This document shows, piece after piece, positions 63,655-64,000 of a DNA stretch of 64,000 nucleotides. Position 1 is the stretch's first letter, and each line of letters opens with the position of its first letter. Origin of the DNA: Gracilinanus agilis (Eukaryota); the NCBI RefSeq assembly GCF_016433145.1, contig NC_058133.1:194163422-194227421 (forward strand), read 5' to 3'. The notes beneath the pieces were generated by a model that was given only the letters and a program-made list of their open reading frames with translations, searched no databases and was not told the DNA's origin. The position numbers were made by a program, and so were the translations under genes.

Positions 63655-64000
63655 ATCTTTTTTTTTTTTTAATTTAATTAACAAACCTTTATTTTCTTTC
63701 ATTTCTGTCTCCCTTATTGAAAAAAGAAAAGCCAAATCCTTGTAATAAATATGCAGAATGAAGCAAAATGAATTTCTGCATTGGCCTTGTCCAGAAATAT
63801 GTGTCTGGTTCTATCTTGAGTTCATCATCTCTCTGTCAGAGATGGGTAAGGGCCTCTAGAATTGTGACTGGTCATTGCATTGATTGGAGTTCTTAAGCCT
63901 TTAAAGTGATTTGTCTTAACTGTGTTCTTACTGTATAAATTGTTCTCCTGGCCTGTTCACTTTAAATCAGTTTATAGAAGTCTTCCCAAGCTTCTCTGAA
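63655..64000 (-). mobile_element. L1 3' end
   Basis: T tail then aaatccttgtaataaatatgc..aaatgaatttctgcattggcc. Confidence 0.7.

Overview
Vertebrate genomic DNA, almost certainly marsupial and most likely a didelphid opossum, judged from the abundant SINE1_Mdo-like, Mar1/MIR-like, RTE, L1, L2, CR1, Tigger1-like and Charlie-like repeats. The window has four small N gaps. It holds three spliced genes, in the order I recall for human 17q12: STAC2 (+, 11 coding exons, 6855-17717, 407 aa, complete), RPL19 (-, 6 coding exons, 40931-36668, 196 aa, complete) and the 5' part of CACNB1 (+, ATG 49513, exons 1-8 including alternative exons 7A and 7B, continuing past the window end). Exons were derived by hand from GT-AG boundaries, phase continuity and remembered orthologue sequences. 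Most entries in the ORF track are spurious. Best leads: (1) an in-frame alternative first exon of CACNB1 in intron 2 ([12 protein letters not shown]) downstream of MEF2/TATA-like motifs, plus a second, weaker candidate first exon; (2) a shifted CACNB1 exon 2 acceptor that adds a Gln; (3) long AG-exclusion zones and ACTAAC motifs around exons 7A/7B; (4) two orphan CpG-rich, motif-dense segments between STAC2 and RPL19; (5) nested transposon insertions and an intact hAT MITE. No database searches were run; family names and comparisons with human are from recall.
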